Source: Hypanus sabinus | Taxonomy: Eukaryota | Direction: 5' to 3' | NCBI RefSeq assembly: GCF_030144855.1 | Contig: NC_082722.1 | Location: forward strand, 20,212,001-20,276,000 | Length of the DNA: 64,000 nt | In this document: piece after piece, positions 50,548 through 61,990 of the stretch | Position numbering within the stretch: position 1 is the stretch's first letter | Layout: each line of letters begins with the position of its first letter | The notes under the pieces: model-generated | What the model was told of the DNA's origin: nothing | What the model saw: the letters and a program-made list of their open reading frames with translations, nothing else | Databases searched by the model: none | Made by a program: the position numbers and the translations under genes

Positions 50548-50663
50548 GAGCTGATACCAGGGTGATTCTCGCGTGTGCTGTGGGTAGATCGGCAAATTTA
50601 GTTCTGATAATAGTTTTGCTGAAACACAAGTTAACTCAAGAGATCGCACGGGAAAGACGCTGA
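50548..50663 (+). pseudogene. Paralogous TM exon, short-tailed and Arg-containing: GADTRVILACAVGRSANLVLIIVLLKHKLTQEIARERR*
   Basis: Intact acceptor tttcttttttcaag-type tract ending at 50547; 23 mismatches over 99 aligned nt versus exon 4 (hand count); 4-nt insertion; donor GT changed to GG at 50651; stop TGA at 50661. Functional status unknown. Confidence 0.85.
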
Positions 50664-51313
50664 TCGCTGAGAAACTTGACCACCATTCGTTCAAAATAGA
50701 AGCGTTAATGATATTTGACTTCAAAACAGCAAATGACATTTCCCTAATGATTGGACATGGACCGCGATTTTAAAGTCTGATTTGAGTGATAATATTCTGG
50801 CATAATGCAAGCTGGATCTTAAAATTCAACTGTTTCACCAGTCCACTCGAAGTATTTCATATCACACTCACAAATGCTTTTATATCCCTTTGGAGTGCTT
50901 CAGATTTTTTTTTAATAAAATGGTAGATCCGTATTTTGATACGTAAATGATTTGGCGTAGATCTAGACTCCCTCCAAGTATATAATGAACGTTGATGAAT
51001 TCACTGTATTTACGTTTCACTGGTTTTAATTTCCATTTTGGTTGTCAAATTGAAATGCAGTACTGCCACTCATATGTTTTTATCACTTTACAGCCGCGTT
51101 GAAAGTCAAAGCCTTTTTGCGCATCGTGCCAGGTTGACTACAGAACGCAGTACATTAGCACAACTCTGACGACCAAATAATTTCTGAAAGAGCCGTACCT
51201 TCGGCAGTTCCACTTAGACAATTGGTTTTCTTGGTATCAAACGAATAAAGTTCAATTTTTCAAATAATTTCCAAACAATGCATTTGATGTATTTTAAAAT
51301 TTGTTTTCTGAAG

Positions 51314-51360
51314 GGGCGAACACAAATTCGGTAGACCGATGTCAGAACCAAGACTCAGTA
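51314..51360 (+). pseudogene. Paralogue of exon 5, GANTNSVDRCQNQDSV
   Basis: Acceptor ttttctgaag, open frame, gtgaag donor retained but 1 nt shorter than in copy 1. Confidence 0.75.
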
Positions 51361-51374
51361 GTGAAGCGATTCTT

Positions 51375-53010
51375 CTTTTTTAAATAGACAATAGGTGGAG
51401 TAGTATGCTATTCAGCCCCTCGAGCCATACCCGTCATTCACTATCATGGCTGATCATCCACAATCAGCACCCCTTTACTCCATTATCTTTAAGAGCTCTG
51501 TCTAACTCTTTCGTGAAAGCAGACAGAGAATTGGAACCAACTGCCTTCTGAGGCCGAGCATTCCACAGATCCACAACTCTCTGGGTGAAAAAAGTTTTTC
51601 GTCAACTCCGTTCTAAATGGCTTATCCCTTATTTTCAAACATTCTATGTTTCAATCAGAACCCCTCTCATCCTTCTAAATTTCGGTGGACCCAAGCGGAG
51701 TCGCTCCAATCTTACAGCAAATAACAGTCCCGCCATCCCAGGAATTAACTTCGTGAATATTCGTTGCACTTTCTCAAAAGCAAGAATGTCCATCCTCAAA
51801 GTTGGAGACCAAATCTGCACACATTACTCCAGGTGTGGTCTCTCCAGGGCCCTGTACCACTGCAGAGGGACCTTTTTGCTTCTATACCCAAATTCCTCTG
51901 TTATGAAGCCCAGCATGCCATTAGATTTCTTCACTGCCTGCTGTACCTCCCTGCTTACTTTCAGTGACTGATGAACAAGGACACCTATATATCGTTGTAC
52001 TTCCTCTTTTCCTAACTTGACACCATTCAGAAGGTAATCTACCTTCCTGTTCTAACCACTAAATTGGATAACCTCACAGTTATCCACGTTAAACTGCATC
52101 TGCCGTGACTCTGCCCACTCACCCAAACTGTCCAAGTCACCCTGCACTCTCACAATATCCTCGTCACATTTCACAATGCCACCCAGCTTTGTGTCATCTG
52201 CAAATTTGCTGATGTAGCCCCCTTGGTCGCCTCAGGCTCGCTCATCTCGTTTCCGTCTAAGGGGAGCACACTTCGGCCCTGCCAAACTGGGTAATCAGCT
52301 GGTGTGGATCCTGTGTGATGTCCCCGCCTCGCCCAAAAACAGACAGTACACCATATGCGATTAAATGAGTACAATTTATAAAGGTTACTATAACTAAGTG
52401 ATTATTAACGATACAGTATGTATGAAGAAAAAAAAAGAAAAGGCGCCAAACATCAAAGTCCAAACCACTTCGTGCACAACCGTTGGAACTCAATTACTGA
52501 AGTCTTCTGGCCACCATTCGATCCCCTCCGAACTCCTCGACTCGAAGCTTAGGACCATCCGAAGTGGTCAACCAAGCACATTTAGATTCATCTCCTCTCC
52601 TCGGAGTACCTCTCTCTCTCTCACCCCCTCGCGCGGATCTACCCAAAAACCCGCCAACAATAGCTTATACACTCAGAGGAAAGAACATCATTAATCCCAA
52701 TTGGTTTACAAAGAAATACAATTCTCGTTATCAGTAAATTTGAACCCAAACAAGCTTCCGGCACTCTCTCGCAACAAAGAAGCATTCCTACTTTTAACAA
52801 AACAAAGAAGACATTTTGATTACATACACAGTAACAAAGAAAAAAAGAAGAAACACCCTTTACAATAATGTTACTTTTAATCCCTTCATCTAAATCGCTA
52901 ATGTATATTGTAAATAGCAGCGTTCCCAGCACCAAGCCTTGCAGTACTCCACTAGTCACTGCCTGCCATTGTGAAAGAGTATCATTGGCTGACCCAATAT
53001 AATCCCCACA
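51375..53010 (-). mobile_element. CR1 LINE split by a solo LTR
   Basis: GVLQGLVLGTLLFTIYISDLDEGIKSNI continues across the LTR into KFADD; 3' UTR and tail near 51375-51400. Confidence 0.85.
52213..52864. mobile_element. Solo LTR, 652 bp, related to the LTRs at 38490 and 44200
   Basis: TG...CA ends; shares aaaggcgccaa, gtgcacaa.cgttgga.ctca, cccaattggttt and cgttatca blocks with the other LTRs; degenerate 4-bp TSD (ctga/ataa). Confidence 0.8.
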
Positions 53011-53019
53011 TCGACTATC

Positions 53020-56000
53020 TATCGGGAGGATAGCCAAATGGAGCCAGTCTTGCCACGCCAACTGTCTGCGGTCAGATCCATCTCCCAGGGAAGCGACTGC
53101 AACTCCGACTGCCCAGAACCCCACGATTTGTCCCGACTCCCCACAGAATACCATGACCTTGGATTCAGTACACAACGGGCCCCTTCTCTGACTCCGCAAC
53201 GCGTATATGATTGTGCCATCGACATTCTCCCCAGGGCCTCGCTACCCACCAGTCGCCTTTTTAACCTATTCCGACCGGAGCAAGAGGCCATGGAGAAGTA
53301 CATCAGCGAGTCCCTCGCGACGGGCATTTTCAGACCTTCATCTTCCCCGATAGGCACCGATTTCTTATTTGTAGAAATAAAGGACGGGTCGCTTCGCCCT
53401 TGTATTGATTACAGAGTCCTAAACAGTATAACAGTTAAGAATCAGTACACTTTACTCCTCATTCGTTCGGCTTTTGAAGCACTGCATGAAGCCACCATTT
53501 TTTCAGAGCTCGAGCTTTGGAACACATACCATCTAGTCAGGGTGAAGGAGGGGACGCGTGGAAGACTGCCTTTAATACAACTCTGGAACATTTCGATTAT
53601 TTGGTCATGCCGCTTGGCCTCGCCAATGCTCCCGCCGTTTTTCAAGTCCTCATTATTGACGTACGGAGGGACATTATGAATCGTTCCGTATTCGTTTACC
53701 TCGATGATATCCTGATATTTTCTAGCAACCTCCCCCCCCCCCCACACCCTCCAAGAACACGTTCACCATGTCCGTCAAGTCCTCCAGAGACGGAATGAAA
53801 GCCAATTGCTTCTGAAGGCGGACAAATATGCATTCCAATTTCCTTCGGCCAGCTTCCTGGGTTAAATCATCAAGAGCGGGCAGGTGAGAGCAGACCCCGA
53901 GAAGATTTGAGCAGTGGAAGAATGGCCTAGGCCTGGACCCACAAACCACTTCAACGATTCCTGGGTTTGCAAACTTTTACCGCCGATTTATCAGAAACTA
54001 CAGTCAAGTGGCGGACCGCCTTACCTGGCTTACCTCGCCTACTACCCCCTTCTGTTGGGACTCCGAAACTGATTCGGGTTCACCGGCCTGAAGAGGCGTT
54101 TCACCACCGCTCCCATTATGGTCCATCCGGAACCAGCCCATCAATTCATTGTCGAGGTGGACGCCTCTAACTCCGAGATAGGGGCAGTTATGTCCCAACG
54201 ATTACGTTCAGACGAAAAGTTTCACCACTGTGTCTTCTATTCTCGCCGACTGTCCCCTGCCGAGCGGAATTACGACGTGGGGAATCCGGAACTCCTGACA
54301 GTCAAACTAGCATTGGAATAATACAGGCACTGTCTGGCGAGAGGAGAACAACCGTTTGTGGTACGGACTGATCATAAAAACCTCTGGCATATTCAGACTG
54401 CCAAGCGCTTCAACTCTCGCAAGGCCCGTTGTGCTTTATGTTTTCAACGGTTCAAGTTTTCCCTCACCAAAAACCGGGGTCCAAATTCGTGTATCCGGTC
54501 GAGCTCTCCCGCCACTATGACTCCAAGGAGGACACTTCCAGCCCAGGGGCTATCGTCCCAACATCCTGCGTGGTCGCTTCACTAATTTGGGGGATCGATT
54601 CCAAAGCAAAAGAAGCCCAACAGGATGACCCCGAATCCAGCAATGGACCCCGCGATCACCTGTATGTGCCCATTCCGTAAGGTCCCAGGTTCTCCACCTG
54701 GGGCACAAGTCTCGGTTCGCCTGCCACCCCGGGAGTGATCGGACCCCATCGCACCTGAAAAGACACTTTAGTTGGCGGGCCATAGAGAGCGATACCCGTT
54801 CCTATGTCTCAGCATGTTCCATCTGTCCCCGGAGGAAAACTGTTCATTGGTCACGTGCGGGTTTACCTCGTCCTCTAGCTGTCCCTGGTCGTCCCTGGTC
54901 GCACATCGCCCGGGACATCGTCACTGGTGTAACCCCCTTCACAGGGAACACCACCGTACTCACCGTTGTAGACCGGTTCTCCAAAGCGTTGCACTTCGTA
55001 GCACTCCCTAAACTCCCTTCCTCTCAAGAAACCACAGATCGTCTCGGCCGCCATTTCTTCCGCCTCCACGGAATCCCTGCAGACATCGACACTGATCGAG
55101 GTCCCCCGTTTGTCTCACATGTATGGAAGGCCTTCTGTCAAGCCTTAGGTGCATCGCTGAGCCTGTCATCCTGCTTCCACACCAAGACAATAGGGCGGAC
55201 AGAACGGGTCAGCCAAGACGTGGAGGCGACGCGACGTTATGTAACGGCAAACAGCCCCTCGACGTGAAGCGACCACCTCCCGTAATTTGCGTACGTCTAC
55301 AACTCTCGGGTGAGCTCTGCCTTTGGAAGGTCTCCATTCGAGTGTTCCCTGTATTATTTAGCGGTCCGCCTGAAACTGCCAAGGTCTATGCACATCCACC
55401 CGACTTTTCATGTTTCCCGGTTAAAGCCAGTTTCCGTCAGCCCCTTGTGACCCCCGGCTGAGACTTCCCACCTGCCCGTATAATCGACAACCATGCGGCA
55501 TACACCGTTCGAAGACTGCTGGATGTGCGCCGTAGGGGCCGGGCTTTCCAATTACTGGTAGTTTGGGAAAAGAATGGTCCAAAAGAGCGTTCCTGGTTCC
55601 CCCGCTACTTCATCCTAGATCCTTCCCTCATCCGGGATTTTTATCTCGTCTATCCAGACTGGACAGAAGGATCGCCAGAATGTTCCCGTTGAGGAGGGGT
55701 ACTATCATGGTCTTTTCTGGTAATCCTGCACCTGGCTATTTACCTCAGGAATTGGGCCTCAATCTCCACGTTTAGTTACCAATTATTCCCAGGTGCCACT
55801 AATCACACAAACCTGCTTTCCATCAGCAAATTCAGGATAAAAACCCTGTGATCACAACAAGGAGCTGTCAGTTCGTTGGTCGACTCCTGTGTGAGTAACC
55901 TTGTTTCCTATTTTTTAGAACTGCCAGTTCTAAATCTAGCATCGCTCCTGGATACCGATTCCACGCTCGCTACGTCAAGACCGCCTCCCGACTCTGCCTC

Positions 56001-56060
56001 AGCGCCCGTGTTCTGCACTTCGGTTTGTCTGCCGTCTCACTCGTGTAACAATAACTTTCC
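53020..56060 (+). mobile_element. Chromoviral sushi-like Gypsy: RT, RNase H, integrase, chromodomain, PPT and 3' LTR; 5' half missing
   Basis: [53 protein letters not shown], integrase DIDTDRGPPFVSHVWKAFC, chromodomain [30 protein letters not shown], gaggaggggtac PPT near 55690. Confidence 0.92.
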
Positions 56061-56309
56061 TCCAACTCGCATGTACATATGTTGTTTTCCTTGTAATCTG
56101 TACAGCTAAAGTTCCAGATGTGTCTTTGAAATCTCACTCTTATTGGAAGGTAAAGCCCCTTCGCATTTGAGCCACCTCCAGCATCTCACTGCAGCAGGCA
56201 TACTGAGCAGCTCCAAATTTTGCCTCAAAGCCAAAACTGCATGTTAGTCTGTTGTCGGCATTGTTCTAATAATTAGATATATACACATTTGTTATTTTAT
56301 AAGGTGAAC

Positions 56310-56790
56310 TTCTATAACTGCTCGTTAATGCAAATATCCAGTCAGGCATATAGGTGGCAGCAAAGCAACGCGTAAAAGCATGCAGGCATGGCCAAAAAGT
56401 ATAGTTGTTATACGGGCCAAACGGCAGAATGGGGAAGAAATGCGAAGTTAATGATTTTGGCAGTGGAATTAATGTGGTGCCAGAGGAGGTAATTTGATAT
56501 CTCAGAAACTGTTGATCGGCTGAAATCTTCATGTAGAATAGTCTCTAAAGATTAAAGAGAATGGGGCGAAGAAAAAGCACGAAAAAGCATCAAGTGAGTG
56601 ACACTCATTGTTACTGAGGTAGATCAGAGGAGTCTGTTTCGACTGATCAATCTGACATAAAGGCGACAGTAAACACGTGTTACAGCAATGGTGTGCAAAA
56701 GAGTATCTCTGAAAGATCACGAACATACAAAGATACACCCAGTGCCCAGTTTATTGGATACTTCATGTACTTAATAAATTTGACAATGCG
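56310..56790 (+). mobile_element. Tc1/mariner remnant, internally deleted
   Basis: agaatggggaagaaatg...gtggtgccaga...tatctcagaaactg...gtctcta...agagaatgg matches the recalled 5' transposase region of fish Tc1 elements. Confidence 0.7.
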
Positions 56791-57149
56791 ATTTTCGTGA
56801 CTCTGGATGTGCATTCATTTTCGATACTGATAAAAGTTCAACTCAATATAAGGCAGACTTCACCAGGGGACGCATTTACTACGCATGCTATTGAGTTAGT
56901 CATTGGTCAGCTGGTAGTAAAGGACATTTCTTTTAAACAATGACGGATATGAATAACTTGCCTTCACTTTCCATTCCTAGATCAGGAATCGTGGTCCTTG
57001 AATTTATTTTCAGAACACGTTGACAATATATTTTTAAACAGGGAACCAGGGATGCCACTTGAATTTCCCCGCCTGATTACAGCATGTGTCAAATATTCAT
57101 GGATATTCGGGTTTCTCACATTTTGGTTGTTTCGATTTTGTTCTTTAGT

Positions 57150-57960
57150 TTGTGCTACCGTAGTGCAGTTCGTAGCAAAACTGCACTAACAGCGACTCCA
57201 TTGCTGGCATCTTCGGAAACAGCGCTATTACTATCCTTTCTCCCCCTTTTCAGGAGACTCTCTCCTGGAGTTAAACGCGGACTTCGGTTCACTGCGGAAC
57301 TGTGATTCGTTCCCAGGGCCTCATGAGCGGCCGCTTTTTGATATGCCAACGACGCGGTCCGGAAGAGTAGCGTGCCGTCAAGGTATTGGATTTTCATGAC
57401 TTTCGAGAGAAGCTAATTCGAGCCCAGTGCGACTGCCTGATTGGAGTACACGGAAGATTGAAAGCAGCGAGCTGGCTGCTGGCTGTGAGCCCAGAAACCC
57501 GAGTTCATTGGGCACAGAGCTTGGAAAAGGCGAGGCAACACACTTTCAAAACATTGAATCAGCAAGTTGTTTTGTTATGTCTCCTATCTCGCTGTGAAAC
57601 GTGGACATCACTTTTACCCTTACTCCGGAGAGAGATCTGTGGAATGTCGAAAACCGGCTGAACTAGTACCCTTTGGGAAACCAGACGTCTGTCTTTCTTG
57701 ATGCTTTGCTGCACGATTGAATGCTCGGTTGGGGATTCAGATGATTTCTTTTCCGGTGTGTGGCGGGTTGTCGTTGCTTTGCTACTGCTTATGCGTGGGA
57801 GTGATAAGATGGGGTGGGGGGGGGGGCTTTGGGTTTCTAACATTCAACTGTCAGTCATTCTTTGGGGGCACTCCTCTGTTTTCGTGAATGTTTGTGAAGG
57901 AAAATAATTTCAGGATGTATATTGTACACATTTCTCTGATCATAAACATTCCAGTTAAAA
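57150..57960 (+). repeat. Unclassified interspersed repeat, probably a non-autonomous retroposon
   Basis: GC-rich body ending in aatttcaggatgtatattgtacacatttctctgat; no coding signal. Confidence 0.35.
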
Positions 57961-60900
57961 CCTATTGGAATGAAATGAAATTTCAGATACATTTGAAAAT
58001 GTACAGCTCCTTAATTAAGTGAAAATAAATTATTTCAAAATTTGAGTTAATTGCCGTTTTTGTCATCATTATGAGATAAGTTAAGTGAAGAGAACGTCGT
58101 AATGTATTCGACAACATGACAACAGCCATAACGATCACATTTGAAACAATGTAAATGGGAGAAACAGAGTTATGCTTTAATTCATGAGGCAGCTGTTATA
58201 TTTGTTCGCATTTATCAACACGAAAATAAGTCGATTATCGTTGGTTGGAGGCACTTCCGCCTAACAGTCGGCTCAAAGAAGGTGTAAATGTCACTGCAAA
58301 ACTCACCATTGTCTCTCCTAAACACAACTACTTTTAAATCAAACTAACAGCATATTGGACCTAAACTTAGTCATAGCTCTCGTTGCGGGAGTTTGTTTCG
58401 ATTGTCAGCTTCTCGTCTTCTTTAAAGCATGTACATCTGAGTACGTTGCACGTTGATGTTTTTGAATAAATGAAGATATATTTTTCATACCTAGAAGGTC
58501 GAGAGCGACCAAAGCCAGCTTGTTAATCTCGTGAATTATGATCATTGGAAATAAATCATATTGATCATTAGTTCATCACCCTGTGGCTGCAGAGGCGCCC
58601 GAGTCCGAAAGAAAGTGGTTACATGTTTATCTGTATCTCATTGTTTCTCAACGGCAGGCTGTAAACGTAATTTTGTCTTTTTAAATAAACTTCCTCTTTC
58701 TGATTTTCCACTCGGGCTGAAATCTCTTGCTACATTCCATCTCTCGCGCACAAAGTAATGCTCGTGCTCATTTTAACATCCAACCTTTAATATGAAGGTT
58801 AATGCAATCTGTTTAAAGAAGCAGCTGAATGCTAAGATCAATGCAGCCTTTCTGCTACCGACGTATTGAGATATTAATGTTGCAAATGATGATTTTATGG
58901 ATCGCCAACTGTAATATTGACCTGCTGTTTCTGTGGGTTGTAGATTACAGCTGTGCGATTAATTTGAAAAAAAAAAAATGGGGAATAAATTTCGATTATA
59001 AAGCTGCCACACCATACGTAGAAGACTGAAAGGTGAACTTTTTTTTTTACCTGAGTCGCAGTGTCTTCCTGCGTTGTGGTAACTTCGGTCATTGTGGGAA
59101 TAACTTGAAGGTGAGGTACTCTTACAACTTTGTAGGCATTATCTGGCTATAAAATTATTTGTAAAGCTATTTATGGATTGAAAAGTTTTAGACTTTCCCA
59201 TTTTCTTTCATTTTGAATTTCAAACTTAGTTTCAGTGGAATCATTAATCATTGTCAAACACAGACGCTGAAAGTAAAGCAAAGTTAAGGTTCACAGTGCA
59301 GAAGGGTAAATGGGTGAACGGCCTAAACATGTAGATTCGCAAGCATTTTATTTAGGGAAATTTGGTAAAAAGCATAGGATTTACAGTTAAAATGTTTGTT
59401 TTCACAATGTGAAGATTTTGTTAAATCAAGTATACCTAGCAATATACGAATATCTACAAAAAGTCCTACAATAACATGCACGCTCCACATTTTTGCACAA
59501 TCACTTCAAACTGAGGTGTAATTTGTATTTCAGCCAAATGTTGAAAGCAGATTCCAGAGAAAATTTAACATGTTCATTGCAAATATTTCACAAATAATAC
59601 GTAATGCAGCCAGAATGGCTTCTTTCTGTTCAACTAAGTTCTAAGATTCTTCAGAATTAACATGTTATTTGCTTCGCTTATTGCAGTACTTCTGCTCCTA
59701 ATTCAAGATTTTTAAAAACTAAAGAAGCCGTTTCATCTCAACAAATTGGTTTTGATTCTATGTCCTATCAAAGTATTATGCCTCCTCTTGAAGGAAAGAG
59801 GGTGGGGGGTGGGGGTGGGCAATGTATGAGCCTACCGATGAATATTGTGCCATGATGCAAATCGATTTTGCTACCCAAAGAAAGATACAACTGAAGTACT
59901 TTCTGAACGTTTGCAGCAGTACCTATTATTCTAATACAGTGTTTTATGTATCTCACCCACTTTCATCTTTTGTGAAATATACCCCTTCTCATCTAAAGTG
60001 TGTATTTTCCAGTCTGAGTTACATTGTGCTTTCAGCTACTTCAGAGGCACTGTTCCAAAATCTTCCTCAAGCTCTTTACTTTCTTTTTGCATACAGTCCA
60101 TTGTGAAGATAACCATCCGACTGACTACCATGATTCGACTTCCAACACAGTATCACTGAAAGGATTTCTTAATATCTGAGTAGGTAACGTGTGAATAGCC
60201 ATATAGTGTACTTGAATGACAGTGAGAATCATTTCGGAATTGATTTTCTTCATTTCTGTCCTTCATAATGAAGCAATAATACCTAGTGACCATTTAGTCG
60301 GACGAAATTATTTCCTTCTCATTGATCATTTGATAGCGATCATTAAAAATGTTCTTTTCCTAATTTCAATTCACATTCACAATATTATGAAAGCCATGAA
60401 TTTTATTTATACAGTCCCTTCACATTATGTGGAATGCAACACATTTCTATGTTTGCTGTTAATCCTGAGTTAGGTGCCAGATAATCCGATCGAGGGAGAA
60501 GCTTTGAAATATAAATATTTATCATTTAAATTAAAGTTAATTCTGAGATTTATTTTGTAAGATCCTACAAAAAGGAACATGTGGCTTCGAATCAACAAAT
60601 GCATTGCAAATATAACTAACTTATAGTTAAACGTTTCTGTAGAATTGCATTACTCAACTTGCATGCTTCACAGTATTGTCTGAAGTAAACCCAATACTAT
60701 TCGGTCCTACGATTCACTCATATCATTTAATCGCTAAAGGAACATCAGGTTGCTATTTGAAGAAACCTAAACAGTGCAGTGTTTTCTTGAACCTAAATAA
60801 TACAGAAGCCTGATGTTGCACATTCAGCGATTCAGGAACAGCTTCTTTCCTTCTGCCACCCGATTGCTAATCTCCACCGTACAGCAGTAGCAATTCAGTA

Positions 60901-61559
60901 TCAACTCTGTTCCATTTCCCGTCAAGTTTAGACACATAAGATCCAATGAACACGATGAAATTGAATTGCGAGTTATATTATTATGCGATGTCGCTGGTTA
61001 GTTTTAATACAAATATTTACTGACTGTTTCCCATCACCATTCTGGATCCTTACAGATACAAATATTGATCTTAGCTCAAAATAGAAACCTGAACCTTATT
61101 TCTTAAATTGGAGATGATGCACTTGGATTCTGGTTTACCGAAAATAAAATTCAATCTAAACATTTCTAACAAATATTTTTACTGCTGGGGTTTCTGACCA
61201 AACACACAGTTCTAAATATAGAACACAACAAAATATCAGTAAATCCCAGGAAAGTTTTATAACATAATCCACCTAGTCCACTTAATCGATTTGCTACAAA
61301 GAGTGACTGGCTTCTCAGCTTAGTACATGTCATCGCTGGAAATAATGCATGGAGACCTGCAAACGGCTAAATTGTTCCTCTCTAATGGAATTGCTGGTTA
61401 GCTATCAACATGATACACTGACAGATTTAGATATTTTAGTGGAAGTAATATCCATTTATCATTTTCTGCATGTGCTGATCATTAATATGACGCTATTAAG
61501 CAGAAATGATTGAAGATCTACCCACATTTCCGTCTCAAAACTATTTTCCACCGGCTTCA

Positions 61560-61990
61560 GATGAGATATGCCCCAGTCTACCGTGGAAAGTAAGGGAGGA
61601 GATTGCTGAACCTCTGGTGATGATCCTTGCATCATTCATAGGTGCAAAAGAAGTCCTGTAGGTTTTGAGGTTTGCAAGTGTGTTTCCCTTGTTGAAGAAA
61701 GGGAGAAAAGATAACACAGTAAATGATAGACAAGTGAGTCTTACTTCAGTAGTAGACTAATTGTTGGAGAAGTTCTTCAAAGGCAAGATTAATGAGAATT
61801 TGGAAAGACATAATCTGATTAGGGACAGTCAGTATGGCTTTGTCAAGGGAAGTTCGTGCTTTAAGTGCCTGATTGAATCCTTTGAGGATGTAACAAAACA
61901 AATTGATGACGTGGAGCCGTAGATGTAAACTGCACTGATCTTACTAAGGCACTTGATAAAGTTCCCCTGTGAGGCCTATTCAGAGAGGTA
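61560..61990 (+). mobile_element. CR1 RT fragment
   Basis: EEIAEPLVMI, agggacagtcagtatggctttgtcaagggaag (RDSQYGFVKG). Confidence 0.75.

Larger units (their letters stand above)
36580..51380 (+). repeat. Second copy of a segmental duplication (first copy about 60-14970), interrupted by copy-specific TEs
   Basis: Colinear by-eye anchors: 80/36613 (gcatwatatttc), 480/36780, 2680/44880, 3540/45370, 3740/46880, 4280/47580, 4460/47755, 4956/48241 (21-nt identity), 5330/48880, 5800/49380, 14050/50445, 14168/50548, 14905/51314. Confidence 0.8.

Noticed and set aside
58085-58360. Faint similarity to tail exons A and B (gaagag...tattcg; KLTIVSPKHN versus KLTYAALKLHN)
   Set aside because: Matches are too short and the spacing disagrees with copy 1; needs a statistical alignment.
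60780-61000. Minus-strand GNGTELILN...VAEGKKLFLN resembling Ig strands
   Set aside because: Motifs are in the wrong order, interrupted by stops, and no domain can be assembled.
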